Numbered from the stretch's first letter, positions 47,416 through 56,857 are shown. The stretch: 58,978 nt of DNA from a virus (IMGVR_UViG_3300012964_000011:1-58978); one strand, 5' to 3'. Numbers and translations are program-made. The notes: generated by a model not told the origin, from the sequence alone.

Positions 47416-47991
47416 ATGAAGACAGTAGAGATCAAGGTTGCCAACAACAGGCTGTATGTAGGAACTCCGTACAACCCCGCCTGGATACTAGGGTGCAAAA
47501 TGCTTGGTGGCAGATGGGATCGGGGAACGATCTCATGGATATTTGACAGCAGAGATGAAGAGAGGGTGCGTTCCCTCTGCAAAAAGATTTTTGGTACAGA
47601 CGGAACAGATAGTAAAGTCGTTACAGTTCGGATAAATGCACATCAGTGGTGGAGAGCATCCGGGAAGGGTTCCAAGATCTGGTTTGCTGGCCGAGAAATA
47701 GCTGGCCGTATGAGCAGAGATTCTGAGGTCTACCTAGGTGAGGGTGTAATCCTCATCGAGGGGAGCTTCCCATCACGTGGCGGAAGCATGCGGTACCCGA
47801 GTGTCGATCCAGATTCGAACATCATCCTAGAGGTCAGGGATGTTCCAGCTGGTCACACTGATATCCAGGTGGGCGGAGTAGAAATAGTCGAGGTCACTGA
47901 AGGTGTGGACTTCGATGCACTTCGGGCAGAGCGCGAACGCCTCATGACTCGACTGGCAGAGATCAACAATATCCTCTCCCCTGGGCAGTAG
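47416..47991 (+). CDS. hypothetical phage protein
   Basis: GAGGAAGGA RBS; TPYN...LGGRWD; C-terminal coiled coil. Confidence 0.7.
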   Translation: MKTVEIKVANNRLYVGTPYNPAWILGCKMLGGRWDRGTISWIFDSRDEERVRSLCKKIFGTDGTDSKVVTVRINAHQWWRASGKGSKIWFAGREIAGRMSRDSEVYLGEGVILIEGSFPSRGGSMRYPSVDPDSNIILEVRDVPAGHTDIQVGGVEIVEVTEGVDFDALRAERERLMTRLAEINNILSPGQ

Positions 47992-48003
47992 CCCCTCACG
48001 CGT

Positions 48004-48032
48004 ATGGACCGGGTAGCCACTACCCGGTCCAT
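48004..48032 (+). terminator. hairpin
   Basis: ATGGACCGGGTAG / CTACCCGGTCCAT. Confidence 0.65.
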
Positions 48033-48309
48033 TCTGCATTCAGGAGTATGTGCCAGAGACACGAATTCCCCTCCTGGGTAGTCCGGTGTACCCTTGGACA
48101 CTTCAGTGCCTCAGAAATCCAGGGGGAGAGTAGGATTGAGATATGATCACCAACGGTGAACGGAAGAGATCCTCACACTGCGCAACATCAGCATGTGTGG
48201 AAGTAATTCGTAGTGGTGCGTTCATGTGTGCAACAGATGGAGTTACGAGTATCTATTTCCTCCTGGATCACTGGAGAGAATTTGTGAAATCACTAAAGAA
48301 AGATTCGAT

Positions 48310-48732
48310 ATGACAATACAGACTGTGCAAGAAAAGACATTACCGCACTCATGTGGTAAATGTGACATACGTTGGAATGGTTATGCAACTGCTCATTGTG
48401 GAGGATGCCACTACACTTTCACATGTATTGGTGCATTCGATGCACATAGATGTGGAACGGGTGATACCGCACACTGCAAGCCACCTGCTCAGTGTGGTCT
48501 GGTCAAATCGGGACGTTCCTACCATTGTTGGGGATTCCCTAGCGATGATGACAATATGGGAGCAATCGCACGTTGGAAGGCGAAACAATCCACCACCTTG
48601 GATCCTGCACCTAATCCAGAGGTGGAAGTGGATGTGTATGGCTCTGTAGAGGACTCTGAGACGTCCGTAGACGCAAGATCCAGTCACATGCTCACCGGTA
48701 CACCTACCCCTGGATTTAGCGCCTTAGCGTAA
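48310..48732 (+). CDS. FDxHR-type Zn-binding phage protein
   Basis: CGKC...W, HCGGCH.TF....FDAHR. Confidence 0.7.
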   Translation: MTIQTVQEKTLPHSCGKCDIRWNGYATAHCGGCHYTFTCIGAFDAHRCGTGDTAHCKPPAQCGLVKSGRSYHCWGFPSDDDNMGAIARWKAKQSTTLDPAPNPEVEVDVYGSVEDSETSVDARSSHMLTGTPTPGFSALA

Positions 48733-48871
48733 AAATGTATGTAGTTGAATATTTGAATACTTAGGTAGATGTACTTAGATGTCTCTACCTAAGTATTTAG
48801 ATATACAGATAAAGCACTGACCTGCAAATATGTATCAACACTGATTTATCAAAGGATGGTATACTCACATC

Positions 48872-49225
48872 ATGTCTGAATTGAAACCGTTCATTGGTAG
48901 TCATGTACACTTCACTGAGGCGATACACATAAAGGATGCTTACTCTGTTGGGTATTCACTTGTTTGTCGTTTTGCTGTCGTCACTTACATTCACAATAGA
49001 TATGATTTGCCAGATGTGTCAGAGGATGACCCTCAGATACACTTTTGGGAGGTTGGACTGGCGATCTTTACTCAGACACATATTTACTTCAGAGAGCACG
49101 TCTTACAGGACCCAAGGGACAGGTACACATCAACAGGACTATCGGAGAATGTCACACGGTGGCGTACGAGCACGTGGCATTGGCCTAGGCAAACATCTGC
49201 ATGCGAAAGTTGGTCATCCAAGTGA
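48872..49225 (+). CDS. hypothetical protein, paralog 1 of a tandem trio
   Basis: P.IG..VHF, CRFAVVT, VGLAIF, TWHWP; TATACT-N6-ATG. Confidence 0.65.
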   Translation: MSELKPFIGSHVHFTEAIHIKDAYSVGYSLVCRFAVVTYIHNRYDLPDVSEDDPQIHFWEVGLAIFTQTHIYFREHVLQDPRDRYTSTGLSENVTRWRTSTWHWPRQTSACESWSSK

Positions 49226-49488
49226 GTAACATACTAGTTGGTAACATCGTGCACTACGTTCCGGAAGGTGCCGTAGGTGTCGGATGTCAAGATTACTGTA
49301 AACGTGCAGTAGTTTATCATGTTTCGAACGTAGTAAGTGCTGAACTGGGATGGCTACACGCACACTGTAGGAGGGCAGTACTACTAGATCTTGTCGTTGA
49401 CAATGAAACATTTATCGATGTACGAGAGGATGATGCACTCATGTGTTCGGGTACGTGGCATCATCCTATTGATCACTCAGATAGATAG
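49222..49488 (+). CDS. hypothetical protein, paralog 2
   Basis: VGNIVHYV, CKRAVV, GTWHHP; GTGA overlap. Confidence 0.6.
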   Translation: MSNILVGNIVHYVPEGAVGVGCQDYCKRAVVYHVSNVVSAELGWLHAHCRRAVLLDLVVDNETFIDVREDDALMCSGTWHHPIDHSDR

Positions 49489-49589
49489 ACATAACTACAA
49501 ATCACCCCCCACCTGGATTAACGTGTTGCAGTTTCTTTGATTAGTAACTGCAACCTATTCCAACCATCCTAGGAAGGTACACTATCAGC

Positions 49590-49853
49590 ATGAATCAGAC
49601 ACCGGAATGCATCGCTAAGATGGTACATTACAGAAGCTATGGTACACCAAATGGAGAGTACCCATCTGTATGTCGAGCCGCTGTCATAACCGAGATTGAC
49701 CCAGAGAATGACAAATTTAGTGAATCTGTAGGGTTGTGCGTGCTGAACCCTACCGGAATGTTCTTCAACCAGCACGTACCACACGATTCTTATGATCAGG
49801 TAGTAAATCGTAGTACCTGGACACCAGGTACTTGGCATTGGCCTTGCCACTGA
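49590..49853 (+). CDS. hypothetical protein, paralog 3
   Basis: VHYRSYGTP.GEY...CRAAVITE, VGLCVLNPTG.FF, GTWHWP; TACACT-N6-ATG. Confidence 0.7.
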   Translation: MNQTPECIAKMVHYRSYGTPNGEYPSVCRAAVITEIDPENDKFSESVGLCVLNPTGMFFNQHVPHDSYDQVVNRSTWTPGTWHWPCH

Positions 49854-49859
49854 TCATAG

Positions 49860-49898
49860 ACGTAGGAGAGGGAGTCCCTCTCCTACGTTTGTCTTTTT
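49860..49898 (+). terminator. intrinsic terminator
   Basis: ACGTAGGAGAGGGA/TCCCTCTCCTACGT then TTGTCTTTTT. Confidence 0.75.
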
Positions 49899-49947
49899 AA
49901 CCATCCTAGGAAGCTAGGTAACCACTACCCTGTGACGTAGACCACTG

Positions 49948-49985
49948 TCCACTAACTTGACTTCAACCTCTCCAGCTGTCATTCT
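49948..49985 (+). promoter_or_regulatory. early promoter sharing GTCCACTARCTTGAC with 54605
   Basis: TTGACT-N17-CATTCT. Confidence 0.5.
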
Positions 49986-50114
49986 ATATGCGGCAAGCAA
50001 AACGGCCAGGGAGACAAGGGGAGTCTTCTGAACAGTTTCTGAATTGTAGTTTGAAAATTACATGCAACATCGTCATCAGATTTAGATCAGTATTTATGAT
50101 TTAGGGAGATCATC

Positions 50115-50537
50115 ATGGCTAAGACACTCTACGATGGATACACCAAAGCCCAGTTGATCAATTGGGCGCGCGATGAGAAGATCCGTGGATATACCCGGAT
50201 GAACGGTTACCAGCTGTTACAGGTCTGTCAGGAAGCCCAGATGGTGCGTAACTACGGTAGAGAGCAGGCTCTACTCGAACAGGGCACCGTAGGTCCCGGA
50301 ACTGTCCTCCAATACCGAGGTCACCCAGACTACGTAATCAGGGTAAGCTCCGGCATCATGCAAGACAGTATGGGAACCTACGTATACTCGGAGACACTCT
50401 CCCTTCCCTATGAGCTACGGTACGGATTCTCGCTTAAGCGTGACGTTGCCATTGATAACGAGCTCAAGGCTTCATCCCCAGAACTACACAAGGACCGTCT
50501 CTACAATCTAGAGCACATTCCATGTACCGAGATCTGA
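50115..50537 (+). CDS. protein with a Rho-N-like N-terminal helical domain
   Basis: TKAQLINWARDEKIRGYTRMN..QLL. Confidence 0.6.
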   Translation: MAKTLYDGYTKAQLINWARDEKIRGYTRMNGYQLLQVCQEAQMVRNYGREQALLEQGTVGPGTVLQYRGHPDYVIRVSSGIMQDSMGTYVYSETLSLPYELRYGFSLKRDVAIDNELKASSPELHKDRLYNLEHIPCTEI

Positions 50538-50586
50538 TCTACTTTCTGGATGTTCGGATATTGCCGAACATCCAAATGGAAGATCA
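50535..50586 (+). ncRNA. repeated intergenic stem-loop, copy A
   Basis: TGATCT-ACTTTC-[11-bp stem]-AATGGA-AGATCA. Confidence 0.7.
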
Positions 50587-50614
50587 AATCATCTAATCAG
50601 AAAGGTTATCTGAC

Positions 50615-51061
50615 ATGAAGCGCAGTGAACTCCACGTAGGAGATGAACTCTATCATGCCACAGAGTGGCAATGGAAAAATCACGAAGGGTATAAGGCTAC
50701 TGTCTGTTCAACAGAGCCTTACAAAGAAAGTACATGGGGTCGTCACTACTCAGTACCTAAGGGTCCTGGGGTTCTAGTAACGATGGGGAATAGCGACTAT
50801 CAACGAGTCGTCACCCTTGGATCCCTACGGGGACCATACGAACAAATAGCGGCAGAGGTAGAAGTCAGAAGAGCAGCCGCACAACTTCAAGAAAAAGAAG
50901 CTGACCAGCTCTACAAAGAGCGTTCCGCGCGAGTTACCGAACTCATCGAACGGGCAACTGCACAGGGCATCACCGCTCGTGTAGAGGATGGTTCTCGATC
51001 TATAGTCCTATCTGTATCCGACTTCACCAAGCTCATTGAGCATCTGGATAGGACAACATGA
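50615..51061 (+). CDS. hypothetical protein
   Basis: GAAAGG RBS; SH3-like N-terminus plus coiled coil. Confidence 0.65.
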   Translation: MKRSELHVGDELYHATEWQWKNHEGYKATVCSTEPYKESTWGRHYSVPKGPGVLVTMGNSDYQRVVTLGSLRGPYEQIAAEVEVRRAAAQLQEKEADQLYKERSARVTELIERATAQGITARVEDGSRSIVLSVSDFTKLIEHLDRTT

Positions 51062-51303
51062 AGAACATCGTAGATGACAACATGAACAAAATCATAGAGG
51101 CTCAACGAAGGTACATAGACGCATGCCTCGACTGCGACGTACTGGTCGACCAGTTGGAGACATGCAATTACGACCCGTCGTTGTCCGAGGAGATGCTACG
51201 TGCCGCTGACCATGCCGCTGTCGTCTTACTGTTACAAATCAAAGTTGCCGTAGACAAACGACGTGAAGCTTGGAAGGACTTGAATACCACACTGAACAGC
51301 TGA
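51058..51303 (+). CDS. hypothetical protein
   Basis: ATGA overlap; AGGA RBS. Confidence 0.6.
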   Translation: MKNIVDDNMNKIIEAQRRYIDACLDCDVLVDQLETCNYDPSLSEEMLRAADHAAVVLLLQIKVAVDKRREAWKDLNTTLNS

Positions 51304-51320
51304 TCAGTCGCTAACCAGTT

Positions 51321-51354
51321 GGGGGTAGGCAAAGTGCCTACCCCTACTGCTTTT
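51321..51354 (+). terminator. intrinsic terminator
   Basis: GGGGTAGGC/GCCTACCCC then a U-tract. Confidence 0.65.
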
Positions 51355-51565
51355 GCAACAACCACAAATGCAATCCTTGCATTCTGAACACGCGTTCATA
51401 AACTTCTAGTCCATATTCACACTATTTATCGATAAAAATCTACACAAATCCACATAAATACTCGACATGAAGAATCAATATTCTAAGTTTGCCCCTCCCC
51501 CTGGATTGATGTACTGTGCCTTGAGTACCGAGATTCCCGGGGATCCAGAACAGAATGGGGACAAA

Positions 51566-52123
51566 ATGCCTGAACCTGTAAGTTTATGTCAAATGACCTT
51601 CAGCCAGAAAATGGCATATGCCCTGGAAAAAGAGGAGGAACTGAAAGAAGGCGAAGTTAAATCGCGGAACCGGGCCAGGTACGGATTGCCGAGCATCACC
51701 GAGACGGTGTGTCGTGACATTTGCCTATCGAAGTCTCAGTACTACCGGGGGAAGAGAATATGGACAGCAAGATGGTCAGATGATCCAGAGGTTGCAGATA
51801 CAGCTGAGGAACTCATCCGCCTCCTGGATTCTTCCGGAATCACGATTGTAGAAGCAGACAAGCGACTGCATAGACTGAGAGACCAGCGAGCGCAGGGAGT
51901 CCGAACAAAGTTTACAGTCCTAGAACAGCATAAACTTCTCAAAACACTGCCCGAACTTGCTGGTATGGCCCTTGCTCTGTCCAGGGTGCCGGAGTTATCC
52001 GGCGATTGTGATCCGGTACTCATCTACCGATCCCTGGATTTTGCGAACCGGGCGAGAAGGGATCTTAAGCATCTAATTGATACACTAAAGAAATTTACCC
52101 CAAACGGGGACTATTTCTCATAG
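51566..52123 (+). CDS. helical protein resembling the HTH half of ParB
   Basis: S.KMAYA.E...R..ICLSKSQYYRGKRI; adjacent to the ParB-like gene. Confidence 0.45.
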   Translation: MPEPVSLCQMTFSQKMAYALEKEEELKEGEVKSRNRARYGLPSITETVCRDICLSKSQYYRGKRIWTARWSDDPEVADTAEELIRLLDSSGITIVEADKRLHRLRDQRAQGVRTKFTVLEQHKLLKTLPELAGMALALSRVPELSGDCDPVLIYRSLDFANRARRDLKHLIDTLKKFTPNGDYFS

Positions 52124-52146
52124 TCACTACTAAAGGAGGATAATCA

Positions 52147-52923
52147 ATGAAACGACCGATCACTACGATCCTAAGAGCATCACAACTCAAGATTGATCCT
52201 ACTGTGCAGCGTAGGATCAACATGTCTCGTGTGTCGGAGATGGCACATAACCTAGAGTATGAGGCGCTGGGATTCATCACCGTGTCAGCACGTAATACAG
52301 ATGAGAGTCAATACTACGTGATTGACGGGCAACACCGCGTAGCGGCTGTTTGCAAGGTGAATTCGGGCTATCAAATGAGATGTCAGGTTTTTTATGGTTT
52401 GACCATCCAGGAAGAGGCACAACTGTTCAGGCTTCTGAATAACACTGCAAAGCCGGATGCCATTGACTCATTCCTGATCAAGTGTGTGGAAGGGGATCCA
52501 GCTTCCCTGGATATTGACAAGATTCTAGAAGAACGAGATTGGTCTGTCTCCGCCCGCGGAGCGGAGCGTGTAGTACGGAGCATCCGGACTATTGAGAAGC
52601 TGTATGCCAGGGGTACTCCGAAGACGTTGGAGAGCACCGTGGACGTTCTTACGGCAGCGTACGGGTACCACTACACCACCATGGATTTTCGTCTCGTGTC
52701 GGGGTTGTGGGAATTTTTCCATAGGCACGTGACAGTTGCGATCCCCGATGAAGGGCGTGTAATCAAGGTCCTCAGCACGTATCCAGGGGGTAGCCAGGCA
52801 CTGATTGGAATGGGCCTAGGACATGCCCTTACCAGGAACGGTGTTGGTACGTGCATCGCACGGGTAGTCACAGAACTATATAACAAAGGACTTAGGACGA
52901 GAATGAAACTCTCAAGCATCTAA
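52147..52923 (+). CDS. ParB/Srx-like (DUF6551-type) protein
   Basis: LKIDPTVQR, YVIDGQHR, EEAQLF..LN; GGAGG RBS. Confidence 0.8.
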   Translation: MKRPITTILRASQLKIDPTVQRRINMSRVSEMAHNLEYEALGFITVSARNTDESQYYVIDGQHRVAAVCKVNSGYQMRCQVFYGLTIQEEAQLFRLLNNTAKPDAIDSFLIKCVEGDPASLDIDKILEERDWSVSARGAERVVRSIRTIEKLYARGTPKTLESTVDVLTAAYGYHYTTMDFRLVSGLWEFFHRHVTVAIPDEGRVIKVLSTYPGGSQALIGMGLGHALTRNGVGTCIARVVTELYNKGLRTRMKLSSI

Positions 52924-52992
52924 TAGACGTTGATGTGCCAACAGTACTCAACTGCTGTTGGCATATCACATATCGAGTATAGGAGAGACACA

Positions 52993-53172
52993 ATGCATAG
53001 GAATTGGAAACCAAAACACGAGCTCAGACCCAACAAAAATGTGAATGTAGTGCCATCTGACGGTAAACTGGTAATGATTGGATGTGCACTAATTGCCGCC
53101 GGGTACGCGATAATCGCGTATCTGGTGAGCCAGATTGACCTGTTTTCGGGAATACCCGTAGGAGGAAACTGA
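52993..53172 (+). CDS. small membrane protein
   Basis: AGGAG RBS; one TM segment. Confidence 0.55.
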   Translation: MHRNWKPKHELRPNKNVNVVPSDGKLVMIGCALIAAGYAIIAYLVSQIDLFSGIPVGGN

Positions 53173-53174
53173 GT

Positions 53175-53462
53175 ATGAATTCCAAAATCAAAATCAGAGG
53201 TTATGTTGCAGCGGCAACTGCATCCCTGGGCTTGTTGGTACTACTCCTCACAACCGCGGCTACATGCGAGAGGACTCCACAGGATACGTCTTGGGGAGTA
53301 GTAATAGAGCACTACCGGGAGGGTGACGAGCCCGGGCCGCATTGGAAGAAGTCTCAGTGGTGCATCAAGTTTAAGAACAAATGGGGTAAAAAAGGATATA
53401 CCTGTTCAGACAACAAGCAGATCTGGACAGATTACCCAATCGGTTCCAATTACAAGAAGTGA
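53175..53462 (+). CDS. putative secreted protein or lipoprotein
   Basis: Basic N-terminus, hydrophobic stretch, AATC. Confidence 0.55.
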   Translation: MNSKIKIRGYVAAATASLGLLVLLLTTAATCERTPQDTSWGVVIEHYREGDEPGPHWKKSQWCIKFKNKWGKKGYTCSDNKQIWTDYPIGSNYKK

Positions 53463-53468
53463 GGCATC

Positions 53469-53984
53469 ATGCACGACATGATCGAATGTATTCATCCTTG
53501 TCCCATACATGAGCCGTCTGAACACCACATGACGAAGTGGCCGATGGTCTGGAAGCCGGACAGGGGAATTATAGAGCGGATGTGTATCCATGGCGTTGGG
53601 CATCCCGATCCGGATTCTCTGACGTATCTACATGGACGAGACGACGGGGTACACGGATGCTGTGGGTGTTGTGCCAGTCCTGAACAGCAACGAGAGGATG
53701 TTGTTGTGAGTAAGCGCCATCTTGGAGATTTCCGAGAGCCTAGCGAGAAAGATCCAGTGACACTTACTGAATATCTGGTGCTAGTTAGAGCGTCATCTAA
53801 CTATCCATGGACAGAAATGCCAAATTACGTGTATCCAACACTAAGTAAGGCATTAGAGGTTTTTGGCCAATACTCGATGGTAACGCTGAATCCGAAGCAT
53901 CAGTACCGCATAGTCCGGAGGACGTGGACAGAGACCCCAGAGGTAGATGTGACGGTTGTGGAGTTGGAGATGGAAAATGACTGA
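53469..53984 (+). CDS. Cys/His-rich hypothetical protein
   Basis: CPIH.PS.HHM, ERMCIHGVGHPDPD, HGCCGCC. Confidence 0.65.
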   Translation: MHDMIECIHPCPIHEPSEHHMTKWPMVWKPDRGIIERMCIHGVGHPDPDSLTYLHGRDDGVHGCCGCCASPEQQREDVVVSKRHLGDFREPSEKDPVTLTEYLVLVRASSNYPWTEMPNYVYPTLSKALEVFGQYSMVTLNPKHQYRIVRRTWTETPEVDVTVVELEMEND

Positions 53985-54282
53985 TGAGCAAATCATCAAC
54001 ATGTTGGTCGATGCGCTAATTCATGGCGGAGTGCCCCTCAAAAAGGCCAGTCGTCTAGCGCAGGATATTTTCGAAGTGCTAGACGATGCTGGTCTCATGC
54101 TGCCGGAAACAGATAGTACTGGACACTGGTATATCGAACTAGATGTGCCTGGATCTATAGACCGTACCAAGGACGAGCACGAGATGTTGTCCGATGTCGT
54201 CGTCCACCGGAATACAAATGGTAGCATTGTAATGCTAGAAATACCAGATACGTACACAATAAGAGGCAACTATGATAAGTGA
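53977..54282 (+). CDS. hypothetical protein with a DUF2283-like C-terminus
   Basis: WYIEL...VVV..N.NGSIV.LEI. Confidence 0.5.
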   Translation: MTDEQIINMLVDALIHGGVPLKKASRLAQDIFEVLDDAGLMLPETDSTGHWYIELDVPGSIDRTKDEHEMLSDVVVHRNTNGSIVMLEIPDTYTIRGNYDK

Positions 54283-54457
54283 TGATCTAAGAGATGAAGA
54301 GCTTCTTAAGGCTAAAGAAGCAGCAAAACTACTCAATGTGCATCCAACTACGATAACTCGCTGGGCTAAGTCCGGTAAACTGCCATACGCACTAACGCCA
54401 GGTGGGCGGAAGTTGTACAGGAAGTCCGTCATACTAGAAATAGTAGATAGAAAATAG
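54272..54457 (+). CDS. second BldC-like / MerR-excisionase HTH protein
   Basis: LLK..EAAKLLNVHPTTITRWAKSGKL...TPGGRK.Y. Confidence 0.85.
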   Translation: MISDDLRDEELLKAKEAAKLLNVHPTTITRWAKSGKLPYALTPGGRKLYRKSVILEIVDRK

Positions 54458-54462
54458 TGGAT

Positions 54463-54539
54463 AGAGATATTAGGCATACCTAATATCTCTCAAGAATAGG
54501 GCACTGATCACCCCGGATAGACTACATGCCCGGGGTGAT
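54463..54539 (+). terminator. two tandem hairpins
   Basis: AGAGATATTAGG/CCTAATATCTCT and ATCACCCCGG/CCGGGGTGAT. Confidence 0.6.
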
Positions 54540-54604
54540 TTCTATCTATACTCATGTATATTACCTGGTCAACACAAGTCTCTAAAGAATCTTGAAAGAT
54601 GCTC

Positions 54605-54642
54605 GTCCACTAGCTTGACATTCCCCTATCACGTGCTAGTGT
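54605..54642 (+). promoter_or_regulatory. early promoter
   Basis: GTCCACTAGC-TTGACA-N16-TAGTGT. Confidence 0.55.
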
Positions 54643-54763
54643 AGTGACATGCCCACGAGGGAACGGGCAACCGGGACAGGGGATCCAGGGAAAAGGTTCA
54701 CTTCAAGTAATTTGACAAAACCATACGAACCACAAAAGATCACTTAATAGTGAGGATAAAGAC

Positions 54764-54958
54764 ATGGAAAACATCATGTTTATCACGGTTTGCGATGTTT
54801 GTGGTGTACAGGTCGCAAGGCGATCTGACACGGACATCCTAGAGGATGTCGAGGGGACACTCTCTGGCACAGGAGGTGTCGCGCCTACGGGCACCGAACA
54901 CGAATGTGACGGATGGCAGGTTGGAACGCACAACCCGAAGATGCCACAGTTCATGTAG
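54764..54958 (+). CDS. small protein with CxxC
   Basis: GAGGA RBS; CDVCG. Confidence 0.55.
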   Translation: MENIMFITVCDVCGVQVARRSDTDILEDVEGTLSGTGGVAPTGTEHECDGWQVGTHNPKMPQFM

Positions 54959-55060
54959 TACAGAGGATGCTTTCAGCTTTCAGACTGACACAGGGATCAT
55001 GACCCGGGCATCCGCGGAACACGGGGGATAGTTGATAGGATTTAGGTAGGAGAGACCACA

Positions 55061-55663
55061 ATGAGTGCACCAGCCATTGACATCAGAGACACGCGACCGG
55101 CTTCAGACCGGCAGGTCGAGTACATCAGAGGACTTCTAGAGACCAGGGATGTCTCACAACTGACTAGCACAATCGCTTTGGACACCATCACCCTTCTGGG
55201 CGGTCTGTACGCAGACACCATCAGCGACTCCATGGCGGACTCGACAATCAAAGCCTTGTTAGCCATACGGCCGGTGCAAGTTCAGGCCGCTACGACCAAA
55301 TCAGAGCCGGTAGAGGTGCCATCATGGGACGCCATCCGGAAGATGACAAGGGACCTTCCGGACGCTTACTACGCGCTGGAAGCGAAAGATGGCAGCAAAC
55401 ACTTCTTCTTCCAGATCAAGACCGGCAAGGACGGGCGCAAGCGCGTCTATCACGTAGTCGGCGCACCAAAAACGTTCAGAAGAAAGTCCATGAAAATGGA
55501 GTGGGTGTACGCAGCAGTAAAGAAGATCACTAACGACCCTAAAGCAGCGGCTCAAGAGTTCGGAAAGATCTTCACGCGCTGTGCGGTTTGCTCCGCACCG
55601 CTGAGCGATCCGGAGTCCCTAGCTCGCAACATGGGACCTGTTTGCGCTACCAGGTTCTGCTAG
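55061..55663 (+). CDS. DUF6011-like Zn-finger protein
   Basis: ASDRQVEYI..L N-terminus; CAVCSAPLSDPESLAR..GPVCA. Confidence 0.75.
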   Translation: MSAPAIDIRDTRPASDRQVEYIRGLLETRDVSQLTSTIALDTITLLGGLYADTISDSMADSTIKALLAIRPVQVQAATTKSEPVEVPSWDAIRKMTRDLPDAYYALEAKDGSKHFFFQIKTGKDGRKRVYHVVGAPKTFRRKSMKMEWVYAAVKKITNDPKAAAQEFGKIFTRCAVCSAPLSDPESLARNMGPVCATRFC

Positions 55664-55729
55664 TTTGATCATTTTTGCACGGTGCACGTACATCCGCATC
55701 ACGTACGTGCACCGACATGAACGATCAAA
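55664..55729 (+). ncRNA. repeated intergenic stem-loop, copy B
   Basis: TTTGATC-ATTTTTGCA-[12-bp stem]-ACATGAAC-GATCAAA. Confidence 0.65.
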
Positions 55730-55751
55730 TCACGAGTGACAGGAGTTTGAC

Positions 55752-55952
55752 ATGTTTGAAATAGGTGCGCAGGTACGGATAGCAGACACCAATGATCAGG
55801 ATCCAGAAGTGGCTGGATGTGTCGGAGAAATAGTAGATATCGTCTTGAGTCCGAAAAGACAACTTGTTGCATGGTACGTGGTACGTGTGACTGATAGATT
55901 CGGATCCGTAACAAATTACTGGTTTCAACCTTTTGAGCTGGAAAATATTTGA
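55752..55952 (+). CDS. small SH3/KOW-like protein
   Basis: FEIGAQVRI...G.VGEIV...Y.V...WF...EL; AGGAG RBS. Confidence 0.65.
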   Translation: MFEIGAQVRIADTNDQDPEVAGCVGEIVDIVLSPKRQLVAWYVVRVTDRFGSVTNYWFQPFELENI

Positions 55953-56005
55953 TTGATCTGCTTTAGTCGTGTTCAGTCCTACTGAACATGGCTATGGAAG
56001 ATCAA
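55953..56005 (+). ncRNA. repeated intergenic stem-loop, copy C
   Basis: TTGATCT-GCTTT-[13-bp stem with G:U]-ATGGA-AGATCAA. Confidence 0.7.
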
Positions 56006-56028
56006 GTACACAACAGAAGGAGACTGAA

Positions 56029-56328
56029 ATGTCAGAAAAGAACGACAGGGAGTGCACTGTACAGGTTTCACACACGTTAGAGGCACTGCTACCAGGAATA
56101 CGGGAGATGGTCAACCGATTCCGCGATGGCACAGAGGCGAGCCCGTACGCGTGTCTGTACACACTGCGAAGGGAGATCGGGTACCTGACACAACACCTCG
56201 CTGGGTATAAAGCGCCGACACTCAACGAGTGTGATGCGGTGTGTCGCATGTATTTCTCATATCAGGGACCCGACGACGGTAGTCAGACATGGGGACCTAA
56301 TAACATCAAAAGAGGGTTACGATCTTGA
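56029..56328 (+). CDS. hypothetical protein
   Basis: AAGGAG RBS. Confidence 0.55.
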   Translation: MSEKNDRECTVQVSHTLEALLPGIREMVNRFRDGTEASPYACLYTLRREIGYLTQHLAGYKAPTLNECDAVCRMYFSYQGPDDGSQTWGPNNIKRGLRS

Positions 56329-56559
56329 GTTCAAATACACAGGACCAAACCCAGTTGGTCCACAACGTAACGGATGGACCATCGTCGGCAAATGTCCCGA
56401 ATGGGACGAAGCACGGACACAACAAGCGCAGGCGTACAGCGCGGCATGCGCAGCAATGAGTAACGGAGAGTGGGACGGTATTTGGTACTAGATTTTTGGA
56501 TCATGTTCAACTCTGTTGAACATGGTCTTGGAGCCTAGTCAACGAGAGGTTGTGCTCAG

Positions 56560-56778
56560 ATGGTCAAATACAGAAGAGTTAATTGGAATGTGTACGGGTA
56601 TTGTGCCACTTGCAACGCGGATCCAGGGGGGGCATGCAAGAATCTACGCTACACAGATGCTAGATCATCTCACCCGCTGTACAACGATACCCCGCACCGT
56701 GGGCGCACGAGGCTCACGGTAGAGCAACAGGAGTGGGAGTACAGCTATAAGCAGCAGTATGAGGACTACTCCGGCTAG
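56560..56778 (+). CDS. phage Zn-finger protein
   Basis: CATCNA.PG..C...PH.GR. Confidence 0.6.
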   Translation: MVKYRRVNWNVYGYCATCNADPGGACKNLRYTDARSSHPLYNDTPHRGRTRLTVEQQEWEYSYKQQYEDYSG

Positions 56779-56857
56779 TTTCTGTGGTATCCGTATGAAC
56801 TATACGGATATCGCAGTGACCGTCCGGTCAGCACAAATATCAAATCAGGAGTTCATC

